From a virus, in the IMG/VR virus record IMGVR_UViG_3300037549_000096: a stretch of DNA of 64,000 bases; one strand, written 5' to 3'. Below are positions 20,501 to 28,667 of the stretch, piece after piece. Each line of letters starts with the position of its first letter. The stretch's first letter is position 1. The translations under genes were made by a program, and so were the position numbers. The notes under the pieces were generated by a model. The model was not told the DNA's origin. It made no database searches and saw only the letters and a list, made by a program, of their open reading frames with translations.

Positions 20501-20870
20501 TCTAAAAGGTTATCTAGGTACTTATACTTCTGCTCCTACTTTAAACATACAAACGACACTTGGCGGATCTGCTGTATCATCTTCTGGTGCAGTTAGTTTA
20601 ACTACTGTAAGTATGAGTATTAGAGGTTGGTCTTTAGAGTATTTATTTACATGTAGAACAACTGGGTCATCTGGTACAGTTATTGGAACCGGAGAATTTA
20701 TATGGTCTAATAGTGCAACATTATTTAGTTGCATACCAGTATTATCATCTACTGCTACTACTATTAATACAACAACCGTACAAGCTATAGACGTTACTAT
20801 GGCTTGTTCATCTGCAAATGCTAGTAATACTGTAGTATGTACAGTAGCCACTGTAGAAGTATTAAACTAA
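17502..20870 (+). CDS. Tail fibre/tailspike with pectate-lyase-like beta-helix
   Basis: DPTGATDSTSAINTAI..GGTLRIP start-of-helix motif followed by beta-helix-like repeats; 1122 aa. Confidence 0.75.
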   Translation: MALAQLQVSDPISTTGLTIVGTTTGIIIPSGVPSNGTTNALYQVSGSLYFNGSVLGGGSVTLTDDNSTNATYYPVIATTAGGSTLKTSSTKISFNPSTGNLVIGGPLTLAASQGITLPSGAPGTTTNALYSVSGTLYFNGTAITGGTGLTNPMTTLGDFIYGGASGAGTRLAGNITARQQMLVQMGTGTVSAAPYWINTPEIIITGMDPTGATDSTSAINTAITALPTNGGTLRIPDPGPTGFYSFNLVLTKTGVTIIGPGMSNSGTNGGGAPVRYCQAYNTTLPVIQIGNDTLSVYTDSCHLRDFCFYGGNNSSQYGLTLTGGCIAACCEDIQIINFSNQGLTIKNEDVTECEYSKFYNLRINSNIAGAVGLAILDKHVSGTGWTSAIDIIGFSIQAVSYQILCDSTQANLTNGYIQSGVSGSSIMIKNSYSGANIQYIGLVCENVNQDAVGTGNYNVGTTVNIPTINSTNLQESSWISGDFSSGGNTFVAPITTTGSITGGLKALTVASATGIYAGKAVMVVGAGPNYLNFVSFVQSISGTTLTLFDAANYTVAGATVYVGDITGFEAHSMFNNSAGYVGFYPLNKAGINTSNAPILYQTACPRLTADQPGQIGPWNQYGNVIFEQGLYNFYLLEQIGTAATPTSITQSGYTVTVTMGSYAAPGDIVVIGGVKERGINGTWVVQTVPGGYQNNFTFTCNFSQTLAGVTGVPLVTIYKSTSFGGSQDADNHPGSINIPSGEKSGIWFSNPTVAGGNLAKTLYQDAGSSNFYLMTPDATNGILNLWAGTAITTGPVLNIGDSGGTVFSVSGLGQVTANGAINKVTITAPTTSATLTLITGSTLATSTAASLTLALSTVATTVTTIPSGTHSLAITDAANTFSGLQTFSNGITVNNTTITAPQSTASLASLTLPLGSASYTGGTLGTIWNDYTRQTLGVNVGASGYPLVNYWSGVIWTKTAATTLSNWTTAATILGAAGTGVGTLTLPANFFVVGKTIRLTLKGYLGTYTSAPTLNIQTTLGGSAVSSSGAVSLTTVSMSIRGWSLEYLFTCRTTGSSGTVIGTGEFIWSNSATLFSCIPVLSSTATTINTTTVQAIDVTMACSSANASNTVVCTVATVEVLN

Positions 20871-20879
20871 AGGAATAAT

Positions 20880-21326
20880 ATGTCTCTTCAAGAATTACAA
20901 ACAATTCTAAATACTGCTGAAACTGCAATGAATTTAGCAGATCAAGCGCATTCAGAAGCTATTCAAGCATATAATTTAGCTTTAGCTAATTATAATACAG
21001 CATTAACTCAAGGTATTCAATCTGGTACTGTTGGTTCTATATCTTCTGTTACTACTTTACTTTTAACGGAAAGAAATGCTGGTATTCAATCAGTCGCTAC
21101 TTTTTTAAAAGCTAATCCTACCGCTACTCAGGCTCAAGTTATCGCTAATTGGACAGGTGCAGCTACAGTAGCTACAGGATTACCTTCTTTACTTCAAGAT
21201 CCGACTCAATTATGTAATATTTATACTAATAATTTACATCAATTAGGTGCAATTCCTGACACTACATGGCAATCATTTATTAATTGGATTATCGCAACTC
21301 CTATTGAAGAGATTTTAGCTGATTAG
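20880..21326 (+). CDS. Hypothetical protein, possible fibre assembly factor
   Basis: AAGGA RBS; follows the fibre gene. Confidence 0.45.
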   Translation: MSLQELQTILNTAETAMNLADQAHSEAIQAYNLALANYNTALTQGIQSGTVGSISSVTTLLLTERNAGIQSVATFLKANPTATQAQVIANWTGAATVATGLPSLLQDPTQLCNIYTNNLHQLGAIPDTTWQSFINWIIATPIEEILAD

Positions 21327-21334
21327 ATTTTTAT

Positions 21335-21363
21335 TTGACAAACGTGTATACATGTGATAAGAT
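21335..21363 (+). promoter_or_regulatory. Sigma70-like promoter with extended -10
   Basis: TTGACA-17 bp-TAAGAT with TGn. Confidence 0.7.
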
Positions 21364-21425
21364 ATACTTCTCAACTCAGTAGTATCAACTACTGTCAACC
21401 ATAACCCACGTTCAACGGAGTTAAC

Positions 21426-21725
21426 GTGAAAATCGACTTTATGCAAGAACTTAAAGACTTTGCCGGGGAACCTCTTCAGTTACAGAAAGACGGACCCAAT
21501 CTTACACTCAAGGAAGCTATTACTATCTCTATTAGATCAGCATTACAGGAAGACGCTCATGCGCCTCTTGCTGATAAGATCGCTTTAGATCGTATTGGCG
21601 AACTGGTTTATCAAGATGGTGGAGAAATTGATACTGGTCAAGCAACAATCATTAAAGAACGTATCGCTAAGGTGTTTACTGCGCCTGCTGTAAGTGGGGC
21701 TGTAAAGAGAGCTATCGAAGGTTAA
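21426..21725 (+). CDS. Hypothetical protein (possible tail chaperone)
   Basis: GGAG RBS, GTG start. Confidence 0.5.
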   Translation: MKIDFMQELKDFAGEPLQLQKDGPNLTLKEAITISIRSALQEDAHAPLADKIALDRIGELVYQDGGEIDTGQATIIKERIAKVFTAPAVSGAVKRAIEG

Positions 21726-21746
21726 GAATTAAATACAATGAAAACG

Positions 21747-21774
21747 AAAAAGGGAAACTTCGGTTTCCTTTTTT
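21747..21774 (+). terminator. Intrinsic terminator with UUCG loop
   Basis: AAAAAGGGAAAC-TTCG-GTTTCCTTTTTT. Confidence 0.85.
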
Positions 21775-21782
21775 CATTTTAG

Positions 21783-21812
21783 TTGCCAAACTTCTATTTT
21801 TCGTGTTAAGAT
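21783..21812 (+). promoter_or_regulatory. Sigma70-like promoter with extended -10
   Basis: TTGCCA-18 bp-TAAGAT with TGn. Confidence 0.55.
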
Positions 21813-21845
21813 ACTAATACACTGTTCATCAAAGGAGAACACTCT

Positions 21846-22322
21846 ATGTCAATCGCCGGAACACAACACTTCTCTCAAACAGAAGTAGAACACAGTGATT
21901 ATGCAATAGAGCATAACATTGATAATACACTTCCTGAAGAATTAGAAGGAAACGCACAAAGACAATGTGAATTCTTGGAAGAACTTCGATCCTTACTTTC
22001 TGGTCATTATGGTCAGGATGTAAAGATTTTTACTTCTAGTTTCTATCGTGGTCCTAAACTTAATCATGCTATTGGTGGCGTTGAAACTTCACAGCATATG
22101 AAGGGTCAAGCTACTGACTTACATACGAGCGTTGGAACATTAGATGAAGTTTTTGAATTTATCGAAGAATCAGATCTTCAGTTTGATCAATTAATTGAAG
22201 AATCAGATAAAGAAGGTCATAGATGGATTCATATTAGTACTCCTGATGATGGTGTTGAACCTCGTCGTGAAGTATTAAAAGGTGAAAAAGGACAAAGACT
22301 CACAAGAGTCGCATTAGGATAA
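21846..22322 (+). CDS. Peptidase M15A-type endolysin
   Basis: SFYRGPKLN.AIGG..TSQHMKGQATD..FDQLI.E..WIHIS zinc-peptidase motifs. Confidence 0.88.
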   Translation: MSIAGTQHFSQTEVEHSDYAIEHNIDNTLPEELEGNAQRQCEFLEELRSLLSGHYGQDVKIFTSSFYRGPKLNHAIGGVETSQHMKGQATDLHTSVGTLDEVFEFIEESDLQFDQLIEESDKEGHRWIHISTPDDGVEPRREVLKGEKGQRLTRVALG

Positions 22323-22323
22323 T

Positions 22324-23268
22324 ATGATAATCAAACTTGCATTTGATCCTTTAACTATTGGTGCTGGTTTAGCTTTAGCTAAAGGTATTCCTACAGCTAT
22401 TGGTGCTGCAATTGGTAATCAAATGCATGATATTCCTCATTTTATTTCTTCTAAATCTAATAGATTTGGTAAATTTATACAACGAAGTGTAATCGCTGAT
22501 TCGATTATAGCGGCAAAGAAAGGTACAGAAGGTAAAATTTATGCAAATCGTAAATTAGGGCCTACTGCTTTCTTTGCCGGTATTCCAGGTCTTAATTTAG
22601 GCGGCGCTCCACAAGAAGGTAAATCTATTGCTGTAATGGAAGCGAATTTACTTGGCGCTAATATTCCTGGTCTAAAACATGCTTTTAAAGGTAATAAATT
22701 AAAAGTTAATCGTATTAAGGGCGCATTAGGTTTTGCTAGAGGTATTGATAGAAGTGCTGGTGCTGCTCAAATAGTTATTCCTACTGGAATGGGTATTAAA
22801 GGTTTTAATGACGAATATAAACGAAGTGGTGATTTTAAAGCCGCAAGTAAAAAAGGTTTAATCGGAGCCGCTACAGGTGGTGTCATTGCTGCTGGCTTAG
22901 AAATTCCTCGTAGATTAGCCTCTACTGGTTCTAAACTTCATAATACATTATCAAAAGATAATGGTTATGGATATAAACTTTTAGAAGAAGCTGCTGTTCA
23001 TGCTGAAAAATCTATGAATCGTCCTAAATTATTAAATTATTCACATCATTTTTATGCAACTCCTGAAGAAAATCTTAAAGGTATTACAGGTAAAGTATTT
23101 GGTAATAATTGGCAACGGTTATTAGGGCAGAAACGAGCTAAAGGTTATGATCCTATTAAGGGTTATGACTATGGCGAAACAAGTGAAGCTGGTCCTATTT
23201 CTTCTACTATTGATAAACTAGATCATTTAAAAAGAAAAATAGAACGAACAATAAAGAAACCATTCTAA
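22324..23268 (+). CDS. MIIKLA-tagged basic glycine-zipper protein
   Basis: Starts MIIKLA; GLIGAATGGVIAAG. Confidence 0.75.
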   Translation: MIIKLAFDPLTIGAGLALAKGIPTAIGAAIGNQMHDIPHFISSKSNRFGKFIQRSVIADSIIAAKKGTEGKIYANRKLGPTAFFAGIPGLNLGGAPQEGKSIAVMEANLLGANIPGLKHAFKGNKLKVNRIKGALGFARGIDRSAGAAQIVIPTGMGIKGFNDEYKRSGDFKAASKKGLIGAATGGVIAAGLEIPRRLASTGSKLHNTLSKDNGYGYKLLEEAAVHAEKSMNRPKLLNYSHHFYATPEENLKGITGKVFGNNWQRLLGQKRAKGYDPIKGYDYGETSEAGPISSTIDKLDHLKRKIERTIKKPF

Positions 23269-23732
23269 TGATTATTAAATTAGCTGAATCAACTCTAGAA
23301 AAAGCCAAACACGAACTCGACTTGATCGGGATGACAGCTAATAATAAAGATGAAATGAACAAGGATATGCGTAAGCATATTCTTGAAATTATCAAAACTT
23401 TTAGTAAGCAGGGACATTCAGGATTTTCAGCTAATTATGCAATTGGTATTTTATCTAAACTTTTACAGCATAAACCTTTAAGTCCATTAACAGGTAACGA
23501 TAATGAATGGGAAGATGTATCCGTAATGTCTCAGTGTAAAAACAAAGATAAATGGTATCAGAATAAACGTGCATCAAATGTATTTAAAGAAATTAAGAAT
23601 GGCAAAGTTTTTACTTATGACATATATGGTAAAAGTTTTGTAGATAAAGATGGCATTTCTTATTCTAATAAGAATAGTAAAGTCAAAGTTAAATTTCCTT
23701 ATACACCTAAAACCGAAGTCATAAAGGAGTAA
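23268..23732 (+). CDS. MIIKLA-tagged phage protein (GHSGFSA motif)
   Basis: Starts MIIKLA; TAATG coupling; QGHSGFSA..PLSPLTG..EW..QNKR. Confidence 0.75.
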   Translation: MIIKLAESTLEKAKHELDLIGMTANNKDEMNKDMRKHILEIIKTFSKQGHSGFSANYAIGILSKLLQHKPLSPLTGNDNEWEDVSVMSQCKNKDKWYQNKRASNVFKEIKNGKVFTYDIYGKSFVDKDGISYSNKNSKVKVKFPYTPKTEVIKE

Positions 23733-23734
23733 TT

Positions 23735-23914
23735 ATGTTTAAACTCATTTTAACTCATGCTTTAGCTACTGGTGTTGGTGGTGGTTTAGGTATGTTACTT
23801 AAATCATGGCTTTCAAGAAAATCTACCGCTTTATTAGCTGAATTAAAAACTAAGGCTAAGATTGAAGGCAATGACGCTAAGGATGCTATCTTAGTAAAAC
23901 TCAAAAATCTATGA
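23735..23914 (+). CDS. 59-aa single-TM protein, holin candidate (not in ORF track)
   Basis: AAGGAG RBS; MFKLILTHALATGVGGGLGMLLKSWLSRK...; lies near the endolysin. Confidence 0.5.
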   Translation: MFKLILTHALATGVGGGLGMLLKSWLSRKSTALLAELKTKAKIEGNDAKDAILVKLKNL

Positions 23915-24219
23915 TTTGTTTATCTATTTTATTATCTGTAACACATATTTATCCTTCTATGCCTATTATTCCTTTGCCTAATATTAAATTAGATATTAAT
24001 CTTAATGAATTAGTGTTATTTATTGAAAAAAATATGAAAGATAAAGAAATTAGCATTGAAGTAGAAGATGAAAATTTTAATGAAGTTTATTCAAGTACAT
24101 TTTTAAAACTAATTATTAGAACTTCAACTTATTTTGAAAATCAAGGTTATACAGTAATGATAACTGATACAAAAAATCCTCATATTATTTCTTTTACTAT
24201 TTCTAAAAAGAACAAATGA
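23911..24219 (+). CDS. Hypothetical protein
   Basis: ATGA coupling on both sides. Confidence 0.5.
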   Translation: MICLSILLSVTHIYPSMPIIPLPNIKLDINLNELVLFIEKNMKDKEISIEVEDENFNEVYSSTFLKLIIRTSTYFENQGYTVMITDTKNPHIISFTISKKNK

Positions 24220-24884
24220 ATAACATCGAACTATATCAACAATCTCAATCACCACAACTCGCTCAATTACTCTTGGACGAAAATAGAGATACTATAAATA
24301 AACATGTAAATAAATGGAAAGGTGTTCTTCCTGATATAGTTATTCAAAAACATGCAGAAAAATATGCTTTAGATGCTTTTAAGACATATGATCCATCTAA
24401 AGGTGCATCACTTCATACACATATGTTTAATCATCTTAGTAAATTATCACGATTAAATTATGACAATCAGAATGTAGTTAAGATTCCTGAACATCAGATT
24501 CTTCAAATTCGTAATTACCATGATTCAGTTGCTCATTTAACTGATCAATTAGGATATGCGCCAAGTCATGAAGAAATTGCTGATCATATGATACTTCCAG
24601 TATCACATGTAAAACGATTATCTGAAAATGTTAATCGAAAGGATTATACTTATGATTCAGATCATGAAGATTTGCAGCAAAGAGATATCGAATCTAATCC
24701 TAAATCTCTTTATATTCAAGATGTTTTTAGCCATCTTAACAAAAAACAAAAACAACAATTCCAAGATCTTACTGGATTTAATGGTGCGCCGATTTTAAAA
24801 CCTAGTGAGTTTGGTAAGAAACATAACATGAAACCGTTTGAAGTTTCTAGAGTGAAAATGACGTTAGCTAAGAAGTTTAAATAG
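24216..24884 (+). CDS. Phage sigma-70 family RNA polymerase sigma factor
   Basis: Region 2 AFKTYDPSKGASLHTH, VVKIP, region 3 QLGYAPSHEEIADHM, C-terminal HTH EFGKKHNMKPFEVSRV. Confidence 0.8.
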   Translation: MNNIELYQQSQSPQLAQLLLDENRDTINKHVNKWKGVLPDIVIQKHAEKYALDAFKTYDPSKGASLHTHMFNHLSKLSRLNYDNQNVVKIPEHQILQIRNYHDSVAHLTDQLGYAPSHEEIADHMILPVSHVKRLSENVNRKDYTYDSDHEDLQQRDIESNPKSLYIQDVFSHLNKKQKQQFQDLTGFNGAPILKPSEFGKKHNMKPFEVSRVKMTLAKKFK

Positions 24885-24893
24885 GAGTAAATA

Positions 24894-25289
24894 ATGGCTA
24901 CTACCTTTAATAAATCGATTCAACCTCTTGATGGTAACTGGATTGTTACTTTTAGTATTGCCTCTAAAGATCCAGACGATTACACCTTGGCTCAACAATA
25001 TGGTGATCTTGATTTAGAGTTTGCTAATAAGTATGTTGATCCTCTTGATAATACTTTTTCTTTTACAATTCTTAAATCTAATAGATCAATTTGGTCGGAT
25101 ATATTATTAAACAAACTTCCTAATATTGAATATAAGTTTGTCTTTGATGATGCGTCCATCGTATCGGCCACTCGATATCGACAAGCTGTGATTTATGCCA
25201 ATACTGTACAAGCGGCATTGATAGCGGCTCTTACCGTGTTGAGAGCTATGCCAGCTACTCCCCCTGTAACTTCTACTTTTACGGTGTAA
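24894..25289 (+). CDS. Hypothetical (probably structural) protein
   Basis: AGGAG RBS. Confidence 0.55.
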   Translation: MATTFNKSIQPLDGNWIVTFSIASKDPDDYTLAQQYGDLDLEFANKYVDPLDNTFSFTILKSNRSIWSDILLNKLPNIEYKFVFDDASIVSATRYRQAVIYANTVQAALIAALTVLRAMPATPPVTSTFTV

Positions 25290-25291
25290 AC

Positions 25292-25498
25292 ATGATTGCT
25301 AAATTAGCAGGACGACAACAGTACAAACCTTTAGCTGATTTAGCTAAAGAAATGGCAAAAGAAACTTCGCCACTTCCTAAAGTAGAACCTTCTTCTATTA
25401 TTAAGAATTTTAAAAACAAGAAAGCTTTAGCTATTGGTGCCGGTGTTGCTGCTTTAGGTGGTGGTGCTTTAGCTTATCTTAAGAGTAAGAAGAAATGA
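25292..25498 (+). CDS. MIAKLA-tagged protein with C-terminal glycine-rich TM
   Basis: ALAIGAGVAALGGGALAYLKSKKK. Confidence 0.7.
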   Translation: MIAKLAGRQQYKPLADLAKEMAKETSPLPKVEPSSIIKNFKNKKALAIGAGVAALGGGALAYLKSKKK

Positions 25499-25746
25499 TT
25501 ATTAAATTAGCTAATCAATGTAATCAATGCGAACAACATCGAGTACAATTAGCCGGTGTTGGTGTAGCTGCATTAGGTGGAACTAAACCTTCTATGATAG
25601 CTAAAAAATTTAGTTATGGATGGTCGCCAGCTTATCAAGATACATTAAATCTTAGAAAAAAGTATGATAAGTTATTAAAGTCTTTACCTGAAAAAGAACA
25701 ATTAAAACATATGGACCCATCTGTTAGAAAGGCTTTAAGGAAATGA
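25495..25746 (+). CDS. MIIKLA-tagged small protein
   Basis: ATGA coupling; VQLAGVGVAALGG..YGWSPAYQD. Confidence 0.7.
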   Translation: MIIKLANQCNQCEQHRVQLAGVGVAALGGTKPSMIAKKFSYGWSPAYQDTLNLRKKYDKLLKSLPEKEQLKHMDPSVRKALRK

Positions 25747-25892
25747 TTATTAAACTAGCTCTCTTAGCTATTAAGAAAGTTCCTAAAGCGTTACAAAACC
25801 AAGAGCAAGCTCTTGATTTTGCAAACAAAGTAGTTCACGTTTCAAGACCCGATCCTGGTAAAATGAAATCACCAATTAGGATTATTGATTAA
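25743..25892 (+). CDS. MIIKLA-tagged 49-aa protein (not in ORF track)
   Basis: MIIKLALLAIKKVPKALQNQEQALDFANKVVHVSRPDPGKMKSPIRIID*; ATGA and TAATG coupling. Confidence 0.75.
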   Translation: MIIKLALLAIKKVPKALQNQEQALDFANKVVHVSRPDPGKMKSPIRIID

Positions 25893-26311
25893 TGGCTTAT
25901 GCTGATTTTTCAGAAATCTATGTAGCTTGGCTCCAGAGTCAGTTAGATTATATTGATGGTCAACCTTATTCTAATTTATCAGTTAGCATAGATCCGACTT
26001 ATGAAATTACAGCATTTAAAAATTCAGTTGATGTAAATCAACAGAAAATCTTTCATAATGCCGCAGATGATCAAGTTGGCTATTTACGTTGTATGAAAGA
26101 GATTGCAAAAAATCCTTCAGATTATTTAAATGAATATAAAGAATATCTTAAATTTGAAATGAATGTAGTTCAATCTAGTTCTCAAAAAATAGAAAACACT
26201 CACAATGTTCAAGATAATTCTAATAAGACTACTTTAAACTTTTACGCTACATTCTCTCCAGATATTTTAGCTCATTTAGCTACATATAACCCAATGAGGA
26301 TATTTAGTTGA
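25892..26311 (+). CDS. Hypothetical protein, baseplate region
   Basis: Coupled ORF upstream of wedge genes. Confidence 0.5.
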   Translation: MAYADFSEIYVAWLQSQLDYIDGQPYSNLSVSIDPTYEITAFKNSVDVNQQKIFHNAADDQVGYLRCMKEIAKNPSDYLNEYKEYLKFEMNVVQSSSQKIENTHNVQDNSNKTTLNFYATFSPDILAHLATYNPMRIFS

Positions 26312-26733
26312 GAGAAATAGAAACAGCTTTATTAGATCCGGTTACAGGATTATGCACATTCGCTTTAACGAATATGCGTCCTGTTTCTGGAATTAAATTA
26401 TTAGTAGCTAAAGTTTCTAAAAAGATACTTTCCAGTACCTTCGCTACAAGTATTTTTACTTATTATGGATTAGATTTACAAAAAATTCCTTATTACGCTA
26501 TTTCTAATACTGATACTGATACTATCAAAACAATGTTAAGTGCTAGTTTAGAAAATATTGCTGTTTCTATTCAAGATAATACTTCTAACTTAGCTTTAGC
26601 TACAGAACAATTAGCTTCTCTGACTTTACAAGACTTGTTATACGATAGTACGAATAATCAAATTGTTATTAAGATTTTAATTACACCAGTTAAAGGTGAT
26701 TCTCAATCATTATTATTCCCATTGGCGGTTTAA
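26308..26733 (+). CDS. Baseplate wedge subunit (gp25-like)
   Basis: 141 aa, directly before the baseplate-J-like gene; SGIKLLV..V.K.IL and EQLASLTL pattern. Confidence 0.5.
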   Translation: MREIETALLDPVTGLCTFALTNMRPVSGIKLLVAKVSKKILSSTFATSIFTYYGLDLQKIPYYAISNTDTDTIKTMLSASLENIAVSIQDNTSNLALATEQLASLTLQDLLYDSTNNQIVIKILITPVKGDSQSLLFPLAV

Positions 26734-28478
26734 TGGATGCTTCAGACGTTCGACAATTTTTTGTAGCTTCTTTACAGAATAGTCAAGATCTTTCAGATCT
26801 TGATACTTCTCCAGATTCTAATTTTGATGATCTGGTTATTAAACCACATATGTTATTTTCTCAAGCTCTATTTAATTATATCGCAGATTATAAAGCTACG
26901 ATTTCATTAGGTAATTTAGCTAATATGACAATGCCGCAATTAACGGCAATTGCTTCACGATTATTAGTTACTCCAAATACAGGGTCTACATTATCTCTAC
27001 AAATTGCTATTTTCTTAAACGCTAACAATAATACTCCATTACAAGTATTACAAAGCGATTCATTTAGAACATCAGACGGAACTACATTTAATCCTATTCA
27101 AACATATGTATTTGTACCAACCAACTTACCTACAGTTACGATTAATGGTCAAACTTTATATGTAGCTTCTATTACGACTGTTTCACAAAACGCTTCTAAA
27201 CAAATTACAGCAAATCAAATCACATCTTGGACAATTAATCATCCAGCATTAGTTAATGTTACTAATCTTGGTTCTTCTCCTGCGCCTGTATTAGCCGATA
27301 CTAATGCTCAATTAATTACCAAGATGCAAAATGCTGGATTCACAAGGAATTTAATTAATAGACCATCTATTTTCAATGCATTGACCAAAGCATTTCCGAA
27401 TAATATGATTTCTGTTTATTCGGTAGGTTATGGTGATCCTGAAATGCAACGTGATATTGTTCCTGCTGGACAAGCGTGGAGTTTTCATGTTGGGGGAACG
27501 ATTGATGTTTATGTGAACACAGCTTTACAGCCATGTATTATTACTGCGACTGGTTCTAGAATTGCAGGTAATATATATCGTGTCATTCTGAAACGATATA
27601 AAGGTTATGATGTTAATGCTACAGATAATTCTAATCCTCATCCTGGCTTATTATATGGATGGGAGTTAGTTGAATTACCTGATAACTCTATGCCTGGTAT
27701 TTCGACGCTTCCTGTATTGCCATTCTTATATATTGATTTTACAAGTAGAACTTTAAGTATTACTGATAATGAGAGCCAGCTTTCATTTAATCAAGGTATT
27801 ATTCAAACTGATAGTACTACTTTAGATTACAAAGTTAATATAGTTAATCTTAATTCTGCAAATTTAAGATTTTCAATCTATGAACAAATTGAATTAGACT
27901 TCTATTTATCACAAGATGTTGGTGATAGTCCTACCTTTACTATTCCATACTTTACAATGAATTCATTAGAAGATGTTCAAGACTATATTTCTGAACCACA
28001 AACTATATTTCATTGTGCTGATACTTTAATTAAATCATTTATTCCGATTGAAATTCGTGATTTTAGTATTAAATATGATAAAAACTATTCAGTAGACGTT
28101 GCAGGTTTAACGATATCGCTTTGCAATATCATTAATAACTGGAATAGTCCTGAACATATTCGTATGTCTACACTCTTGTCAAATGTTCCGGTTCCTGTCA
28201 GAATAGGAGAGTTAGGCGAAGATTTTCCGATCAATGCAGATTTGATTACACCTGACAATTATATTACGGCTGTTCCTTCTCAATTAGATAGTGATGTTTA
28301 TGCAACATTACCAACTTACGTAGAAGTCGTACAACATAACATTGATGGTTCTGAATATCATTTTGTTACAACTGATCAAATTTGCTCAATTGAAAAACCT
28401 CAATTATCTTCGACTCGTAGAACTGTAAAATATTTCATTCAACCTGAGAATCTTCACTTTGTTCCATCATCTTGGTAG
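26733..28478 (+). CDS. Baseplate J-like wedge protein
   Basis: SPDSNFDDLVIKP, VGYGDPEMQRD..HVGGTIDVYV. Confidence 0.7.
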   Translation: MDASDVRQFFVASLQNSQDLSDLDTSPDSNFDDLVIKPHMLFSQALFNYIADYKATISLGNLANMTMPQLTAIASRLLVTPNTGSTLSLQIAIFLNANNNTPLQVLQSDSFRTSDGTTFNPIQTYVFVPTNLPTVTINGQTLYVASITTVSQNASKQITANQITSWTINHPALVNVTNLGSSPAPVLADTNAQLITKMQNAGFTRNLINRPSIFNALTKAFPNNMISVYSVGYGDPEMQRDIVPAGQAWSFHVGGTIDVYVNTALQPCIITATGSRIAGNIYRVILKRYKGYDVNATDNSNPHPGLLYGWELVELPDNSMPGISTLPVLPFLYIDFTSRTLSITDNESQLSFNQGIIQTDSTTLDYKVNIVNLNSANLRFSIYEQIELDFYLSQDVGDSPTFTIPYFTMNSLEDVQDYISEPQTIFHCADTLIKSFIPIEIRDFSIKYDKNYSVDVAGLTISLCNIINNWNSPEHIRMSTLLSNVPVPVRIGELGEDFPINADLITPDNYITAVPSQLDSDVYATLPTYVEVVQHNIDGSEYHFVTTDQICSIEKPQLSSTRRTVKYFIQPENLHFVPSSW

Positions 28479-28486
28479 GTTAATTA

Positions 28487-28666
28487 ATGCCACCTATTAA
28501 ACGGTTTGATGAAAAGAATTTAACTCCCGTTAAGGAAACATCGGTTTCCTTTGGAGTAAAGAATCATGTTGTTAAAAATCCAAATACGAGTTTAACTGGT
28601 ATTAGTTATATCAAAAAAATCGCATCTTTCATAAATAATTCTGATTTATATAAAAAGGGGAAGTAA
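28487..28666 (+). CDS. 59-aa basic protein (not in ORF track)
   Basis: MPPIKRFDEK...YIKKIASFINNSDLYKKGK*; fills the gap. Confidence 0.55.
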   Translation: MPPIKRFDEKNLTPVKETSVSFGVKNHVVKNPNTSLTGISYIKKIASFINNSDLYKKGK

Positions 28667-28667
28667 A

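Noticed and set aside
13690-20851. Minus-strand ORFs inside fibre genes, and other shadow ORFs (e.g. 7307, 7584, 7948, 23207, 30517, 32500, 42850, 43518, 48829, 55070, 56850, 56984, 58109, 58248, 60334)
   Set aside because: They overlap well-supported genes and look like codon-bias shadows with no recognisable motifs
13088-20870. Diversity-generating retroelement TR/VR pair among the fibre repeats
   Set aside because: Differences between copies are not adenine-specific, both copies are coding, and there is no reverse transcriptase in the window
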